Source: Methanobacteriota archaeon
GTDB lineage: Archaea > Thermoplasmatota > Poseidoniia > Poseidoniales > Poseidoniaceae
Assembly (NCBI GenBank): GCA_018650165.1
Contig: JABIGM010000018.1
Span: 2,552 to 66,551, forward strand
DNA length: 64,000 nt
Direction: 5' to 3'
In this document: positions 1 to 10,253 of the stretch, piece by piece
Layout: every line of letters begins with the position of its first letter
Position numbering within the stretch: position 1 is the stretch's first letter
Notes under the pieces: generated by a model
Told to the model about the DNA's origin: nothing
Database searches by the model: none
The model's input: only the letters and a program-made list of their open reading frames with translations
Made by a program: the position numbers and the translations under genes

Positions 1-30
1 TACGGGTACATTAGATACATATCACACAAT

Positions 31-834
31 CTAACTCAGATTGAATGACATCCCTTCTTTGCCTACTTTCCAACCTAATTCAGTAACTGGTGTTTCATCT
101 CTACACAGAGGATTTGTGTGATTTAGGTGGATGAATACTATTTCTCCATCTCCTTCTCTGCGCTCACCAATCATCTGCAGTGTTTGTTCAACTGGTGGGT
201 GAGGCACCTCACTCTGGTCTCGGTGCTTGAGTTCATCAGAACTGTAGAATGTGCCATCGATAAGGGCGATGTCGACCTCGAAGTGGTTGAGCCAAGCTCT
301 CAAGTCGTGACCACGAAGAGTTTCTTGCCAGGTATCGTGATCTGGTAGGAAAAGCAGAGTTTTCTCGGCTTTGATAAGATAGGCATGCATGTCAGAAAGT
401 TCCGCTCGGTGCGGAACTTCGATGGCTTCAACCGTTACACCCGGTAATTGATACAAGGATGCAACCCTTGGAATGAAGACACCTTCAGAAAGTAGGTTGG
501 ACCAATGTGGAGTTCTTTCTATCAACTCAACCATTGATTTTGAGCAGTATAGATTGACTCCTTTTGCAGCCATAGTTTCCTTTCCAAATAGCCCTAGACC
601 ATCGACATGACCAATATGAGCATGAGTGAGGAAGACAGAATCAACTTCGGTACAACCCCACAAACGCAATTGCTCACCAAGGTGGCGGGTTGCCTCGAAC
701 AGGTGCTTCCCACCATCTGCATCGGTTAATCCCAAAGATACAGGATACCTTTGTGTCAAGTTAGAACAACATTCGCAACCAACCTGTGGAACACCACCGT
801 CCTGAGCCGTGCCCAGTAAGGTTACCGATACCAT
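31..834 (-). CDS. PqqB-like metallo-beta-lactamase fold hydrolase
   Basis: LLGTAQDGGVPQxGC N-terminus, THAHIGH, VPHR, DGTFY and FIHLNHTNP motifs; ATG at 834 after a GAGGGA SD-like sequence; no other pqq genes in window. Confidence 0.8.
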   Translation of the reverse strand: MVSVTLLGTAQDGGVPQVGCECCSNLTQRYPVSLGLTDADGGKHLFEATRHLGEQLRLWGCTEVDSVFLTHAHIGHVDGLGLFGKETMAAKGVNLYCSKSMVELIERTPHWSNLLSEGVFIPRVASLYQLPGVTVEAIEVPHRAELSDMHAYLIKAEKTLLFLPDHDTWQETLRGHDLRAWLNHFEVDIALIDGTFYSSDELKHRDQSEVPHPPVEQTLQMIGERREGDGEIVFIHLNHTNPLCRDETPVTELGWKVGKEGMSFNLS

Positions 835-865
835 CAAATTCCCTCAATTTACAATAATCGCGGTT

Positions 866-3800
866 TCAAGTTCGCTGCCAATCGGCACCATTCCACCATA
901 GTGTACTTCCATCACTCATGGACCTCCAGGTGTGCCCATTGGCATCAGTCCACTGTTGAACAACTGTTGGCTCAGGCGAAACCACTTGTTGAGGTGCAAT
1001 TTCCATGTTGCCAGGAAGACTGGAAAGTGCAGGGCCTGTATGTTGAGGTTGTACATGCTGTGAATATAATCCCTGATTTACAGGCATAGCATTCATGTTT
1101 GGCATTTCAGGAATTGTATTTCCTTGGGACCAAATCTTGTCATCTTCATCCGAATCCATTCTACGCATAATTAGTAATCCAATCACAATTACAACCACTA
1201 ATACGCCGATTCCGATTCCCCCGTATGTGAGAATGCTGCTCCCTGATGAGTCAACAATTACTTCTTCGCAACCATTTTCCTTGGCTACTCCTGCAACTTC
1301 GGGACATTTGTCAGCATCTCTGCCATTCGGATTATCGCCAAACCCATCTTCGTCTGAATCATTCCATTGGGTTGGTTCTGTTGAGAATTTATCGATAATA
1401 TCCGCCCAACCATCGCCATCGGTATCTACACACCCAAGTACATCTCCTTCAAAGGAATAGCCGGCCTCATCAGGACAGAAATCGGGGTTATTTCCAACTG
1501 GGTTATCTCCATACTGGTCTCCATCAGAATTTGCCCATTGTGTCGGGTCCATTGGATTCCAATCTGAGCCAAGTGATGGGTCGCCCCAGCCATCGCCATC
1601 AAAGTCTGGGCATCCTAGAATATCATTTGTTGAATTCCCAGGTACGTCTGGACAGTCATCTGCACCATCCGCTACACCATCCATATCTGAATCCTGATAT
1701 TCATCAGGGTCATTGGGGAACCCATCCATGAAATTTGCCCAACCATCACCATCACTATCCGGGCATCCAAGAATATCTTCCTGCCAAGAAGTCCCAAACA
1801 ATGTAGGACATGCATCTTGGTCTCTTGCATACTGATAATATTCGCCTGGCCAATTAGAATTTCTGTCGAGCCAAGTGAGATTACCAAAATTATCTCCAAA
1901 TCCATCTTCGTCCCAATCTGACCACTGTGTTTCATCTAGTGGGAAGGCGTCTGCACCATTTTCGATTGTCCAATCTTGATCGCCAGAAGAATAACCATCG
2001 CTATCGGGGTCAGGGCAGCCATATCTGTCTAGAACTGATGTTCCTTCCAAATTAATACAAGCATCGGGAGTGTTTCCATCTTGGTTGTCACCATATCCAT
2101 CTCCGTCAGCATCATCCCATTGAGTAGGATCGTTGTCAAAGGCATCATCATCATCAGACCAACCATCACCATCAGTGTCGGGACAGCCAATTGCCCCACC
2201 TAGTGTGGAATTACCTGCAGAATTAGGGCATGTATCTTCAATATCAGCCCAGCCATCATCATCGGAGTCTATGCAACCTTGGTATGCGCCGAGTGTCGAA
2301 TTTCCAGCAATTTTGTTACAGTCATCTGCAGCATCATCATAGCCATCTCCATCATCATCAAGATCCTCGTCAGCATCTCTGCAGCCATCACTATCTATGT
2401 CATTAGAAGTATCTGAAACCCACCAATTTCGTGGTGGAGAATAAGAACTCATACAACCGTCAGAATCATCATCAATTCCATCGTTATCATCATCATCGTC
2501 TTCGCTAGAGTCTTTACATCCATCATTATCGAAGTCGGTTGTTGAATTACTGGTCCAATTCCAAGCTCCGCCACGCGGACAGTCATCACCAGAATTGTCA
2601 GTGATTCCATCATTATCATCATCATAATCGCATTCGTCGCCATTACCATCAAGGTCACTGTCATACTGTAGTGGATTATTGTCATCAGGGCAGTTGTCTG
2701 TGAGATCATTTACTCCATCATTATCTCTGTCAGCATTATTTATTGGGTCAAGACTCCAAATAACCAAATCAAGGCCACCTGAACTCGTTACGGATTGTGT
2801 ACCCTTGTTAATCGTTGATTGGAAAGAGCCTAAAGCGGCTGGTTTATCAGTCATGTTGAGTGCTAAATCTGCAAATAAATCATCGGCAGTTCCCCCAAGA
2901 TTCTCTACCCATTGCCATGTGCCCATGCTGTCGAGTTGTGCAACGTACAAATCCAAACCACCGTTTGTGTTTGTAACATGAATTCCAAAGTCTGCTGAGC
3001 CTCCAATCATTCCACCAGCAATAAAATCACCATTCGAAGTTTCTGCGATTGAATAAACTCTCTCTAAAGAAGAACTTCCACCGGCGCTTGTAGCCCATGA
3101 GGAGGCTCCTGATTTCAGTAACTTGACGACATAACCATCTCCATTACCCTTGTCAGAAAGTGTATTTTGATTTCCAGCATCAAGTGAACCCAAAAATACA
3201 CCTGAAACCACAATATCATCGGTTTGTGTGACTATCAAATCGTGTGGGATATTGATTTCACTGGCAGCACTAGAGAGACCAATTACATCCTGAACTACTC
3301 CCTGTGCACTCCATTTTATCACTACTGTGTCGGCTTGGCTTACTGCCTGGTGAGACTTCCCGTTAGCTGAAAATGTTCCTGATGTGGTTCCTGCTTGCCA
3401 AATAGTTCCCATTGAATCTACACTAACTGGTCCGCCTTCTTCATCACCGATCCCGCCTGCAGTAGTTACCCAATTCAAAATACCAGAATTGGCATCTAAA
3501 CTAGCAATAAATAATTCTGAGTCGGTATTATTTGCGTTTATTCCTCCAAAGTCAGTATAGCCTTTTTGAGTACCAGATACAATAACGTCCCCCGAAAGAG
3601 ATGCTGCTAAGCCAGTAACAATGCTACTGTTGCCTACTGAATTTGTGGCTGTATCAAACGCAACAGCCCACATCCACTGACCCCCAGGGCCAACCTTTGC
3701 AATGAAACCATCACCATATCCATTTTGAGCGCTTAACAGTGTACTACCAAAGTTCACATCGCCAAATATTAATCCGCCAATAAATATGTCACCACCAATC

Positions 3801-4186
3801 GAACTCGTCATCGATGTAACCAAGGTTAACCCTTGAGTTGCATCCGGCATTATTGCCCACAACCAGTTGCCTTGTGAATCAATTGAAGCAACATATGAAT
3901 CTGCATCTAGTTGATTATTGTAAACCGAAGTCGCTTGCAATTGGAATGCACCAAATGTCAACGAATTTCTCGTATCTCCCGAAATTACCCATCCGTTAGG
4001 TGTTGCCTCGATTTGTGATCCATTAACATGCCCTGTTGAGGTACCGGCTTGTACCAGCATTTCGGGTTCTGAATCCGCAAATAGCGTACGCTCTGAATCT
4101 TCGAGAACGGATATATTCGTAACAGGGACTAGACTACCCAGTAGTAGAACAAGTATTGATAGGCTCAATACAGAACGATTGCGCAT
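866..4186 (-). CDS. Membrane-anchored surface protein with beta-propeller-like repeats and thrombospondin type 3 (Ca-binding) repeats
   Basis: Signal peptide; repeated 'DxYVAxLDxxGxWxW' blades; many DxDxDGxxDxxDxCP repeats; C-terminal TM helix then a Trp-rich tail. Confidence 0.85.
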   Translation of the reverse strand: MRNRSVLSLSILVLLLGSLVPVTNISVLEDSERTLFADSEPEMLVQAGTSTGHVNGSQIEATPNGWVISGDTRNSLTFGAFQLQATSVYNNQLDADSYVASIDSQGNWLWAIMPDATQGLTLVTSMTSSIGGDIFIGGLIFGDVNFGSTLLSAQNGYGDGFIAKVGPGGQWMWAVAFDTATNSVGNSSIVTGLAASLSGDVIVSGTQKGYTDFGGINANNTDSELFIASLDANSGILNWVTTAGGIGDEEGGPVSVDSMGTIWQAGTTSGTFSANGKSHQAVSQADTVVIKWSAQGVVQDVIGLSSAASEINIPHDLIVTQTDDIVVSGVFLGSLDAGNQNTLSDKGNGDGYVVKLLKSGASSWATSAGGSSSLERVYSIAETSNGDFIAGGMIGGSADFGIHVTNTNGGLDLYVAQLDSMGTWQWVENLGGTADDLFADLALNMTDKPAALGSFQSTINKGTQSVTSSGGLDLVIWSLDPINNADRDNDGVNDLTDNCPDDNNPLQYDSDLDGNGDECDYDDDNDGITDNSGDDCPRGGAWNWTSNSTTDFDNDGCKDSSEDDDDDNDGIDDDSDGCMSSYSPPRNWWVSDTSNDIDSDGCRDADEDLDDDGDGYDDAADDCNKIAGNSTLGAYQGCIDSDDDGWADIEDTCPNSAGNSTLGGAIGCPDTDGDGWSDDDDAFDNDPTQWDDADGDGYGDNQDGNTPDACINLEGTSVLDRYGCPDPDSDGYSSGDQDWTIENGADAFPLDETQWSDWDEDGFGDNFGNLTWLDRNSNWPGEYYQYARDQDACPTLFGTSWQEDILGCPDSDGDGWANFMDGFPNDPDEYQDSDMDGVADGADDCPDVPGNSTNDILGCPDFDGDGWGDPSLGSDWNPMDPTQWANSDGDQYGDNPVGNNPDFCPDEAGYSFEGDVLGCVDTDGDGWADIIDKFSTEPTQWNDSDEDGFGDNPNGRDADKCPEVAGVAKENGCEEVIVDSSGSSILTYGGIGIGVLVVVIVIGLLIMRRMDSDEDDKIWSQGNTIPEMPNMNAMPVNQGLYSQHVQPQHTGPALSSLPGNMEIAPQQVVSPEPTVVQQWTDANGHTWRSMSDGSTLWWNGADWQRT

Positions 4187-4223
4187 GACCTATGGTCATG
4201 ACACAGACTGATGAAACCTTTGT

Positions 4224-5108
4224 TCACAAGTTTCTGTGAAGAGTTCCTGTTACACCATCAAGAATCCATTTTGATCCAGTACCATCACGACTAATGTGAG
4301 CAGGTACTAACACATCATATGTGTCTACAATGGCTCCTTCATTTTCGAATCTCCACCAACGAAGTAAATCCCCCATTCCATCGGAATGTGCTCGCCGTTC
4401 TGAAAGAATATCTGTGAAATCTGGCTTAGGGTTAATTTCTAAATACTCTTGATTGAGTAATGGTGATTTATCTAGTAATTCTACCTCATGTAGAAGATGG
4501 AGTCCACCACAATTCAATACCCAACGAGAAATTTCATCTTCAGCGGGTCCTTTTAGAAGACCTCTCACATTGTGAATTTTTCCTGGAATCAATACTGGCT
4601 TAGCCATTGAAATATCTAGGCCTTCGCTATCGAGTTGCGTGAAATCATTCCTCGGCTTGAGGGTGAATGGTCCAGTACCTGCAAACATTTCAGGTTCTGT
4701 TTCATTCGTAACTAATTCTTCTTCATCGATTATAACAAGGCTTCCATCAAGTACTGAATGGCCAATAAATGCAGCTAATTCATTCTGAGTCCAAATGGTC
4801 AGATTTCGTTCAACCCGCTGCGGGGTATCCTCTATATTGAAAGTTATTTTACGCTCTGCAATAATCAGGTGATCCCCACGCGGTGCATCAAACAACCATG
4901 TCTCAATGCCTGCTAAATCCAAGGGTGCAAAACCTTGTCCTGAAGTCCACACATCCATTCCATCTGACATTCCCAAATTGAAATGTTCAGGCGATACATC
5001 ATACAGACTGCCCAGCCATGTGATTACACCTGGGGAAGTGACCGGGGCTGAATCAGAATCTAGGCTAACGCCCAAACGCTTCAAAACAGCGACCAAGTCA
5101 AGGGCCAT
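4224..5108 (-). CDS. Hypothetical protein (N-terminal part weakly resembles a degenerate Mrr/restriction-endonuclease-like fold)
   Basis: 294-aa ORF filling the gap; 'LTIWTQNELAAFIG' and C-terminal 'WILDGVTG'. Confidence 0.6.
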   Translation of the reverse strand: MALDLVAVLKRLGVSLDSDSAPVTSPGVITWLGSLYDVSPEHFNLGMSDGMDVWTSGQGFAPLDLAGIETWLFDAPRGDHLIIAERKITFNIEDTPQRVERNLTIWTQNELAAFIGHSVLDGSLVIIDEEELVTNETEPEMFAGTGPFTLKPRNDFTQLDSEGLDISMAKPVLIPGKIHNVRGLLKGPAEDEISRWVLNCGGLHLLHEVELLDKSPLLNQEYLEINPKPDFTDILSERRAHSDGMGDLLRWWRFENEGAIVDTYDVLVPAHISRDGTGSKWILDGVTGTLHRNL

Positions 5109-5138
5109 AGACTTGCGAGAAAACCGATGTCTTTAGTT

Positions 5139-5438
5139 TCACGCTAGATTGCCACTAAGTGTCAGCAATTCTGAATCGCCCGCATCAACGACAGTAATTG
5201 TCGAGACACTGAATGGTTTTCCAGATGCTACACCCAAATCGCGGTTAACCATAACAGTTCGGTGGATGGTTATTCCCGGGTGCTTTGCAGAAAGTTCATC
5301 CACATACTCTTGTGGGCAGTTTGCTGCTAGAATAACGCACTTGGCATCACCCTTAGCACATGCATCTACTGCTTGGCGTTGTCCAAACAATAGTTTTCCG
5401 GTCGTACTTGCAAGCTTCAATTGTCTACTTATATCCAT
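5139..5438 (-). CDS. rpl30e: 50S ribosomal protein L30e
   Basis: TGKLLFG...ILAANCP...DLGVASGKPFSVS...DAGDSEL; canonical position after rpoA2; GAGGA SD. Confidence 0.95.
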   Translation of the reverse strand: MDISRQLKLASTTGKLLFGQRQAVDACAKGDAKCVILAANCPQEYVDELSAKHPGITIHRTVMVNRDLGVASGKPFSVSTITVVDAGDSELLTLSGNLA

Positions 5439-5475
5439 ATTTCATTCCTCCGCGTTATGCATCTCAATGTTGAAT

Positions 5476-7062
5476 TTACTTTTTGCCTTTTTTGGCTTTT
5501 TTGTCTTCTTCTGGGATGTAATATAACTGTACAGACCCAGTACCTAGACTGATCGGCTGTCCTACGATGATATTCTCTGCGACACCTGTTAGGTTGTCAC
5601 GTTCACCAATAATTCCAGCCTTCAATAGGTGGTTTACTGTAACTTCGAATGCTGCACGAGCAAGGATAGAGTGCTTGGTTCCAGACACACCATGGCGTCC
5701 AATAGCACGAACTTCTCCTTCGCTAGTCATTACATCTGCAACCATTAACAAGTGGCGTACGTCAACTTCTAGACGTGCTCCATCAAGTGTGGCTTGCAGT
5801 TCGTCGATAATGGCTTGACGTGCTGCTTCAATTCCAAGATACTCGTAAATTTCGATAATGTTGTTGGTGTAAGTACGTGAACGGTCGATTCCTTCCATGT
5901 CAGAAACTCTCGAAAGGTTACTACCAATCGTCGAAAGATAGTACTCGCCAGTTTTGTCATCAAGTTGAACGTTAGCACGCTCAACATTTGGAACTCCCTT
6001 CAAACGCATGTCTTTGATTTTATCTTCCAATTGAAGTAGTTCAGTGTAAGATGGTGGGTTCTCAGCAAGTGTCTTCAGGTCATCTTCAGTTTGAACACCT
6101 GGTATTAGAGTCAATACTGATGGGTTCTTCTCTTTGTCAGCCTCGACATAGAGTCGAAGTGCACGCTCGAGTTTGTCCTTGACTTCAGCCGGAGTCATTC
6201 CCTTCTGCTTCAAGTTACCTTTCTTCAATTTCAGAACCAGGCGACGCTGAGCGACATCTGTTTCAATATCAGCAATGTTCACTGTGGTTGTAATTTCAAT
6301 TGATGCTGCTAGTTTACGTGCTGCATCTGCAGAGGTACTGTTGGCTCCGTCAAGACGGATTGTCATAGTAGGCGTGTTTGGTACTTTACGTGCGTCAACA
6401 ATCTCGATAATACGCGGTAGACCCTGTGTTACGTTTACAGTTGCAACACCAGCATAGTGGAAAGTACGCATAGTCATCTGAGTACCTGGTTCTCCAATAG
6501 ATTGTGCAGTGATAATTCCTGCAGCCTCGAAAGGATCTATCTTAGCAATTTTCTGTGCTTTACCTGCCTCAACAACTAGTGCCTCAGCCTTTTTCTTAGT
6601 TAACTTTGAAATTTCACGGTCATGTACTGCGACAGTCAAATCGTGGATAGTCATCTGAGAAAATTTCAGGTCCAAAGATTCAGCTGCTGCTTTAATGGAC
6701 TTAAACACCGGGTCATCCGCAAGGTCATCGACATAAGTAGCCAATTTGATTTCAGGGTCATATGGTTCCAAGACCTGTACTGCCTTTGCTGTACGGCGGC
6801 GGCGTGTTCCTCGACGAAGTCGAACAGAAGCAATGTTTGAATTATCGCCACCTGTAGAATCTCTACTCGATGAGGATGCACCAGTAATAATTCCATGTAT
6901 TCGGGCTGCAGTGTCAGAATCGGTTTCACAGAACTGAGCAATTTCTTGTGCTGTCAGTACCTTTACGTCATCCCACTTGCGGTCATCTGCCAACTTGTGA
7001 GCAAATTCTTCAGGTACTAACATGTCCATGAGCTTCTTCTTTGTTGCACTCTTTACTACCAT
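5476..7062 (-). CDS. rpoA2: RNA polymerase subunit Rpo1C (A'') with N-terminal extension
   Basis: [44 protein letters not shown] motifs; ATG overlaps the rpoA1 stop (TGATG). Confidence 0.97.
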   Translation of the reverse strand: MVVKSATKKKLMDMLVPEEFAHKLADDRKWDDVKVLTAQEIAQFCETDSDTAARIHGIITGASSSSRDSTGGDNSNIASVRLRRGTRRRRTAKAVQVLEPYDPEIKLATYVDDLADDPVFKSIKAAAESLDLKFSQMTIHDLTVAVHDREISKLTKKKAEALVVEAGKAQKIAKIDPFEAAGIITAQSIGEPGTQMTMRTFHYAGVATVNVTQGLPRIIEIVDARKVPNTPTMTIRLDGANSTSADAARKLAASIEITTTVNIADIETDVAQRRLVLKLKKGNLKQKGMTPAEVKDKLERALRLYVEADKEKNPSVLTLIPGVQTEDDLKTLAENPPSYTELLQLEDKIKDMRLKGVPNVERANVQLDDKTGEYYLSTIGSNLSRVSDMEGIDRSRTYTNNIIEIYEYLGIEAARQAIIDELQATLDGARLEVDVRHLLMVADVMTSEGEVRAIGRHGVSGTKHSILARAAFEVTVNHLLKAGIIGERDNLTGVAENIIVGQPISLGTGSVQLYYIPEEDKKAKKGKK

Positions 7063-10000
7063 CACTCAGCACCCCCTGCTGCTGCTTCAGAATCTCCTTC
7101 GCCAATTCCATGGGAGAAGTCCTTATCCTCGCTGTCGCGGTATTCTTCTTCCTTAGTTTTGACTGGTCCATCTGTGCCTAGTGCCTCATCGACTACTACA
7201 TCGATGTTGAAAGGCTTACCATGCACACCACGGCTAGGGTCGATTCCATCCTCCCCATATGAGAATTGTATGATTCGATTTGCAGTATTTCTTACTGACA
7301 AATTTTCATCATTGTAAACCTTCAGATCATCCATTGCGTTAATCAAACGGCGCTGCATGTATCCAGACTTACTTGTTCTGACCGCTGTATCAACAAGTGA
7401 TTCACGTCCAGAAACAGATAGCATAAAGAATTCTGTAGGCTCAAGTCCACGCTTGAAAGAAGAAGAGATGAATCCCTTCTCTGGTGCACCTAGTCCGCCA
7501 CGCTTGAAGTGAGGCAGAACACGCTGGTGGTAACCACGCTCTAATCTTGCACCACGAACCTTTGCTTGTCCAATACTTCCTGCCATCATTGTCAGGTTAT
7601 CCATGGAACCACGTGCTCCAGAGATAGCCATTCCAACCGCAGTATTGTTTCGAGTCAAGAATAGTTCGTCCTTAGCCGCATCTCCTGCAGCTTGCTTACC
7701 AAGATCTAGAATGACCATGATGTTCTCCTCAAGGGTTTCCTTTGGAGTTCGCCCCGGACGTGCTTCATACCCACGACCATCTTTACCGAATTTATCTAAC
7801 TCAACCTGAACTTCAGAACGAGCTTTTGCGTTATGTCCTTCGATTTCGTTTAGGGTCTTTTCAGAAAGGTCTTCATCGTCAATTCCAGTTGTGAAACCAA
7901 GTGAAGTACACGCTGCAATCGATAGACGAGTGAACTCATCTAGGAATTTAGCGCCCTTTGTCGAACCATTTGTCTGTACAATGGCGTCAAGAAGACGACC
8001 GTCTTCAGCACCAATTGCACGCTTATCTAGAGTTCCGGATACCTGACCGTTCTTGACAATAACGTCGTCGTTTGAACGGCTCTTGAAACGTAGATGAATG
8101 TTATTTGGTATGATTACAGAAATCAAATCTTCACCTTTGAAATATTCGCCGCTAGGACCTTTGTGGACCTTTGGTAGTTCACCAGTAAAACCAATGTTAC
8201 CAAGAATCTCTAGACCATTACGCTTTGAGATTTGAGTATCTGGTCTCGATAGAAGGTATGCGCCAGAAATGTGGTCGTGGATTCCACCAATAACTGCTCC
8301 ACCATAACGCGGTGTCAGAATATGTTCTTGTACGCGCATCAAGATTTTAGCTTCTGCACGTGCTTCTTCTCCTTGAATAACGTGCAAGTTCATCTCGTCA
8401 CCATCGAAATCTGCGTTGTAAGGAGTACATACTGCCAGATTGAATCTGAAAGTGTGGCCTTCCATTACGCGAACTTCGTGAACCATCATTGACATACGGT
8501 GCAATGAAGGTTGTCGGTTGAAGATTGCAACATCTCCATCGATTAAGTGTCTCTCTACCAGAAGACCCGGTTTTGGATTACGGTTCATATCAACTGTAGC
8601 CAGGCGATCTTCAACACGAGTTCTCTCATCCCATTCATTGTCTGGACTACCACAGTGTGGACAAGCAACATCTAGATGCTCTGGGTATTCAGAATCAGGA
8701 TTTGCAAGTTCGAACTTCCAGCGGTGGTGTAGAACTGCACGTGGATCATCTTCATCCAAGGGGTTACCATCAACATCTTCTCCACGAAGGTTTGCGATAG
8801 TAGCGGCCTCATCTATAGCATAACTGACGAGTTCTTCGCCACCGGCTACTGCACCTTCACGGGTGATGAATTTCTTGACAACTAATCCAGGCAAGAAGTT
8901 AGGTGCTGGCAGTACTGAATGTAGGTCGAACCTTGTTGTTGTCTCTTCCATACATTCTGGGTTGTGACAACGGTAGCCTGCATTGATTAGACGGCTGCGC
9001 TCATTGATTCTTACACGACGGTTGTCACCACGTATTACGTAGTTTACACCAGGATGTACATCAGGTCCACGAAGGATCATTTGACGCATTTGTTCACGGT
9101 TTCGAGTTGTTACACGAATTGGAACGGTTAGTTCCTTAGCGATCTTAGTTGGAACTCCAACTTCATTGATACCAAGATAAGGATCTGGCGAGATAACAGA
9201 ACGTGCACAGAAGTTAACACGCTTACCAGAAAGGTTGGAACGGAAACGTCCTTCCTTACCCTTTAGACGCTGAGTTAAGGTCTTCAGTGTTCTTCCAGAG
9301 CGGTGTCTTGCAGGAGGAATTCCACTGGTTTGGTTATCGAAGTAAGTAGTAACGTGGTACTGCAACAATTCCCATAGATCTTCAACAATCAACTGAGGTG
9401 CACCTGCATCACGGTTTTCACGTAGACGTTGGTTGATTCTTAGAACGTCAACCAACTTGTGAGTCAAGTCGTCTTCAGAGCGGTCTCCCGAATCCAGAGT
9501 AATTGAGGGTCGTACAGTAATTGGGGGAACTGGTAGAACCTTCAAAATAATCCATTCTGGACGGTTTTCTTTGTGCATTCCAAGGAAAATCAAGTGATCT
9601 TGTGGTATGCCTTGAAGCCATTCACGAATATCACGAGCGTTTAATTTCCTCTCAATTGCTTTGCCGCCACCTTGTGCTGCAATGTTTTCCTTGAAGGTAG
9701 TAGGCTTGTCTAGGACAATCTTTCCTTGCTGGGACTTACAGTGCATACAAATGGTACGCTTAGCTTCCGAAGTTTTCTTCTCAATCTCCTTGATAATCTT
9801 GGAGAATTCAGTTGAACCTACACCGTGCTTTGTGATCAAATCACGGACACGGGCTCGGTAGAAATCTTGCTCAGAAAGTCCGGGATTCGAAGGGTGAGTA
9901 CCTTCAGCATCGTGCAACAGAATCTTGCTACATGAATTACATGTAGCCTTCAATGAAGTCTTTATCAGATTCACGAAACCAATGTGAACTACAGGTAGTT

Positions 10001-10253
10001 CCAATTGGATATGACCGAAGTGACCTGGGCTTTCATCATACTTACAGTTGTCAGTTGGACAAAGAAGACCTGGCTCAATAACACCCATGTGAGGGTCCAT
10101 CAATCCTTGACGGTAAGCGTGACCATCGTCCTTGTAGGTATCTGCAGTCTTAACTTCAACAGATGACATCTTACGAATCTCTGTTGGGTCCATCAATCCA
10201 AAGCGGATGCTAGCGATTCTCTTTGGAATCATTGTTGTGCTATTTCGACTCAT
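7062..10253 (-). CDS. rpoA1: RNA polymerase subunit Rpo1N (A')
   Basis: [10 protein letters not shown] catalytic motif, [39 protein letters not shown]. Confidence 0.98.
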   Translation of the reverse strand: MSRNSTTMIPKRIASIRFGLMDPTEIRKMSSVEVKTADTYKDDGHAYRQGLMDPHMGVIEPGLLCPTDNCKYDESPGHFGHIQLELPVVHIGFVNLIKTSLKATCNSCSKILLHDAEGTHPSNPGLSEQDFYRARVRDLITKHGVGSTEFSKIIKEIEKKTSEAKRTICMHCKSQQGKIVLDKPTTFKENIAAQGGGKAIERKLNARDIREWLQGIPQDHLIFLGMHKENRPEWIILKVLPVPPITVRPSITLDSGDRSEDDLTHKLVDVLRINQRLRENRDAGAPQLIVEDLWELLQYHVTTYFDNQTSGIPPARHRSGRTLKTLTQRLKGKEGRFRSNLSGKRVNFCARSVISPDPYLGINEVGVPTKIAKELTVPIRVTTRNREQMRQMILRGPDVHPGVNYVIRGDNRRVRINERSRLINAGYRCHNPECMEETTTRFDLHSVLPAPNFLPGLVVKKFITREGAVAGGEELVSYAIDEAATIANLRGEDVDGNPLDEDDPRAVLHHRWKFELANPDSEYPEHLDVACPHCGSPDNEWDERTRVEDRLATVDMNRNPKPGLLVERHLIDGDVAIFNRQPSLHRMSMMVHEVRVMEGHTFRFNLAVCTPYNADFDGDEMNLHVIQGEEARAEAKILMRVQEHILTPRYGGAVIGGIHDHISGAYLLSRPDTQISKRNGLEILGNIGFTGELPKVHKGPSGEYFKGEDLISVIIPNNIHLRFKSRSNDDVIVKNGQVSGTLDKRAIGAEDGRLLDAIVQTNGSTKGAKFLDEFTRLSIAACTSLGFTTGIDDEDLSEKTLNEIEGHNAKARSEVQVELDKFGKDGRGYEARPGRTPKETLEENIMVILDLGKQAAGDAAKDELFLTRNNTAVGMAISGARGSMDNLTMMAGSIGQAKVRGARLERGYHQRVLPHFKRGGLGAPEKGFISSSFKRGLEPTEFFMLSVSGRESLVDTAVRTSKSGYMQRRLINAMDDLKVYNDENLSVRNTANRIIQFSYGEDGIDPSRGVHGKPFNIDVVVDEALGTDGPVKTKEEEYRDSEDKDFSHGIGEGDSEAAAGGAE

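Noticed and set aside
31-834. PQQ biosynthesis locus
   Set aside because: Only a PqqB-like gene is visible; no pqqA/C/D/E, though the window edge limits the view
1290-2740. Repeated catcatc/ccatc sequences as a DNA repeat or CRISPR array
   Set aside because: They encode Asp-rich thrombospondin repeats; no constant repeat-spacer structure
5476-5510. T-rich tract as a terminator
   Set aside because: It is the reverse complement of Lys codons (KKAKKGKK) at the end of rpoA2
8570-9000. Rpo1N insertion as an intein
   Set aside because: No C-terminal HN-C/S/T junction and no LAGLIDADG motif; looks like a zinc-ribbon insert
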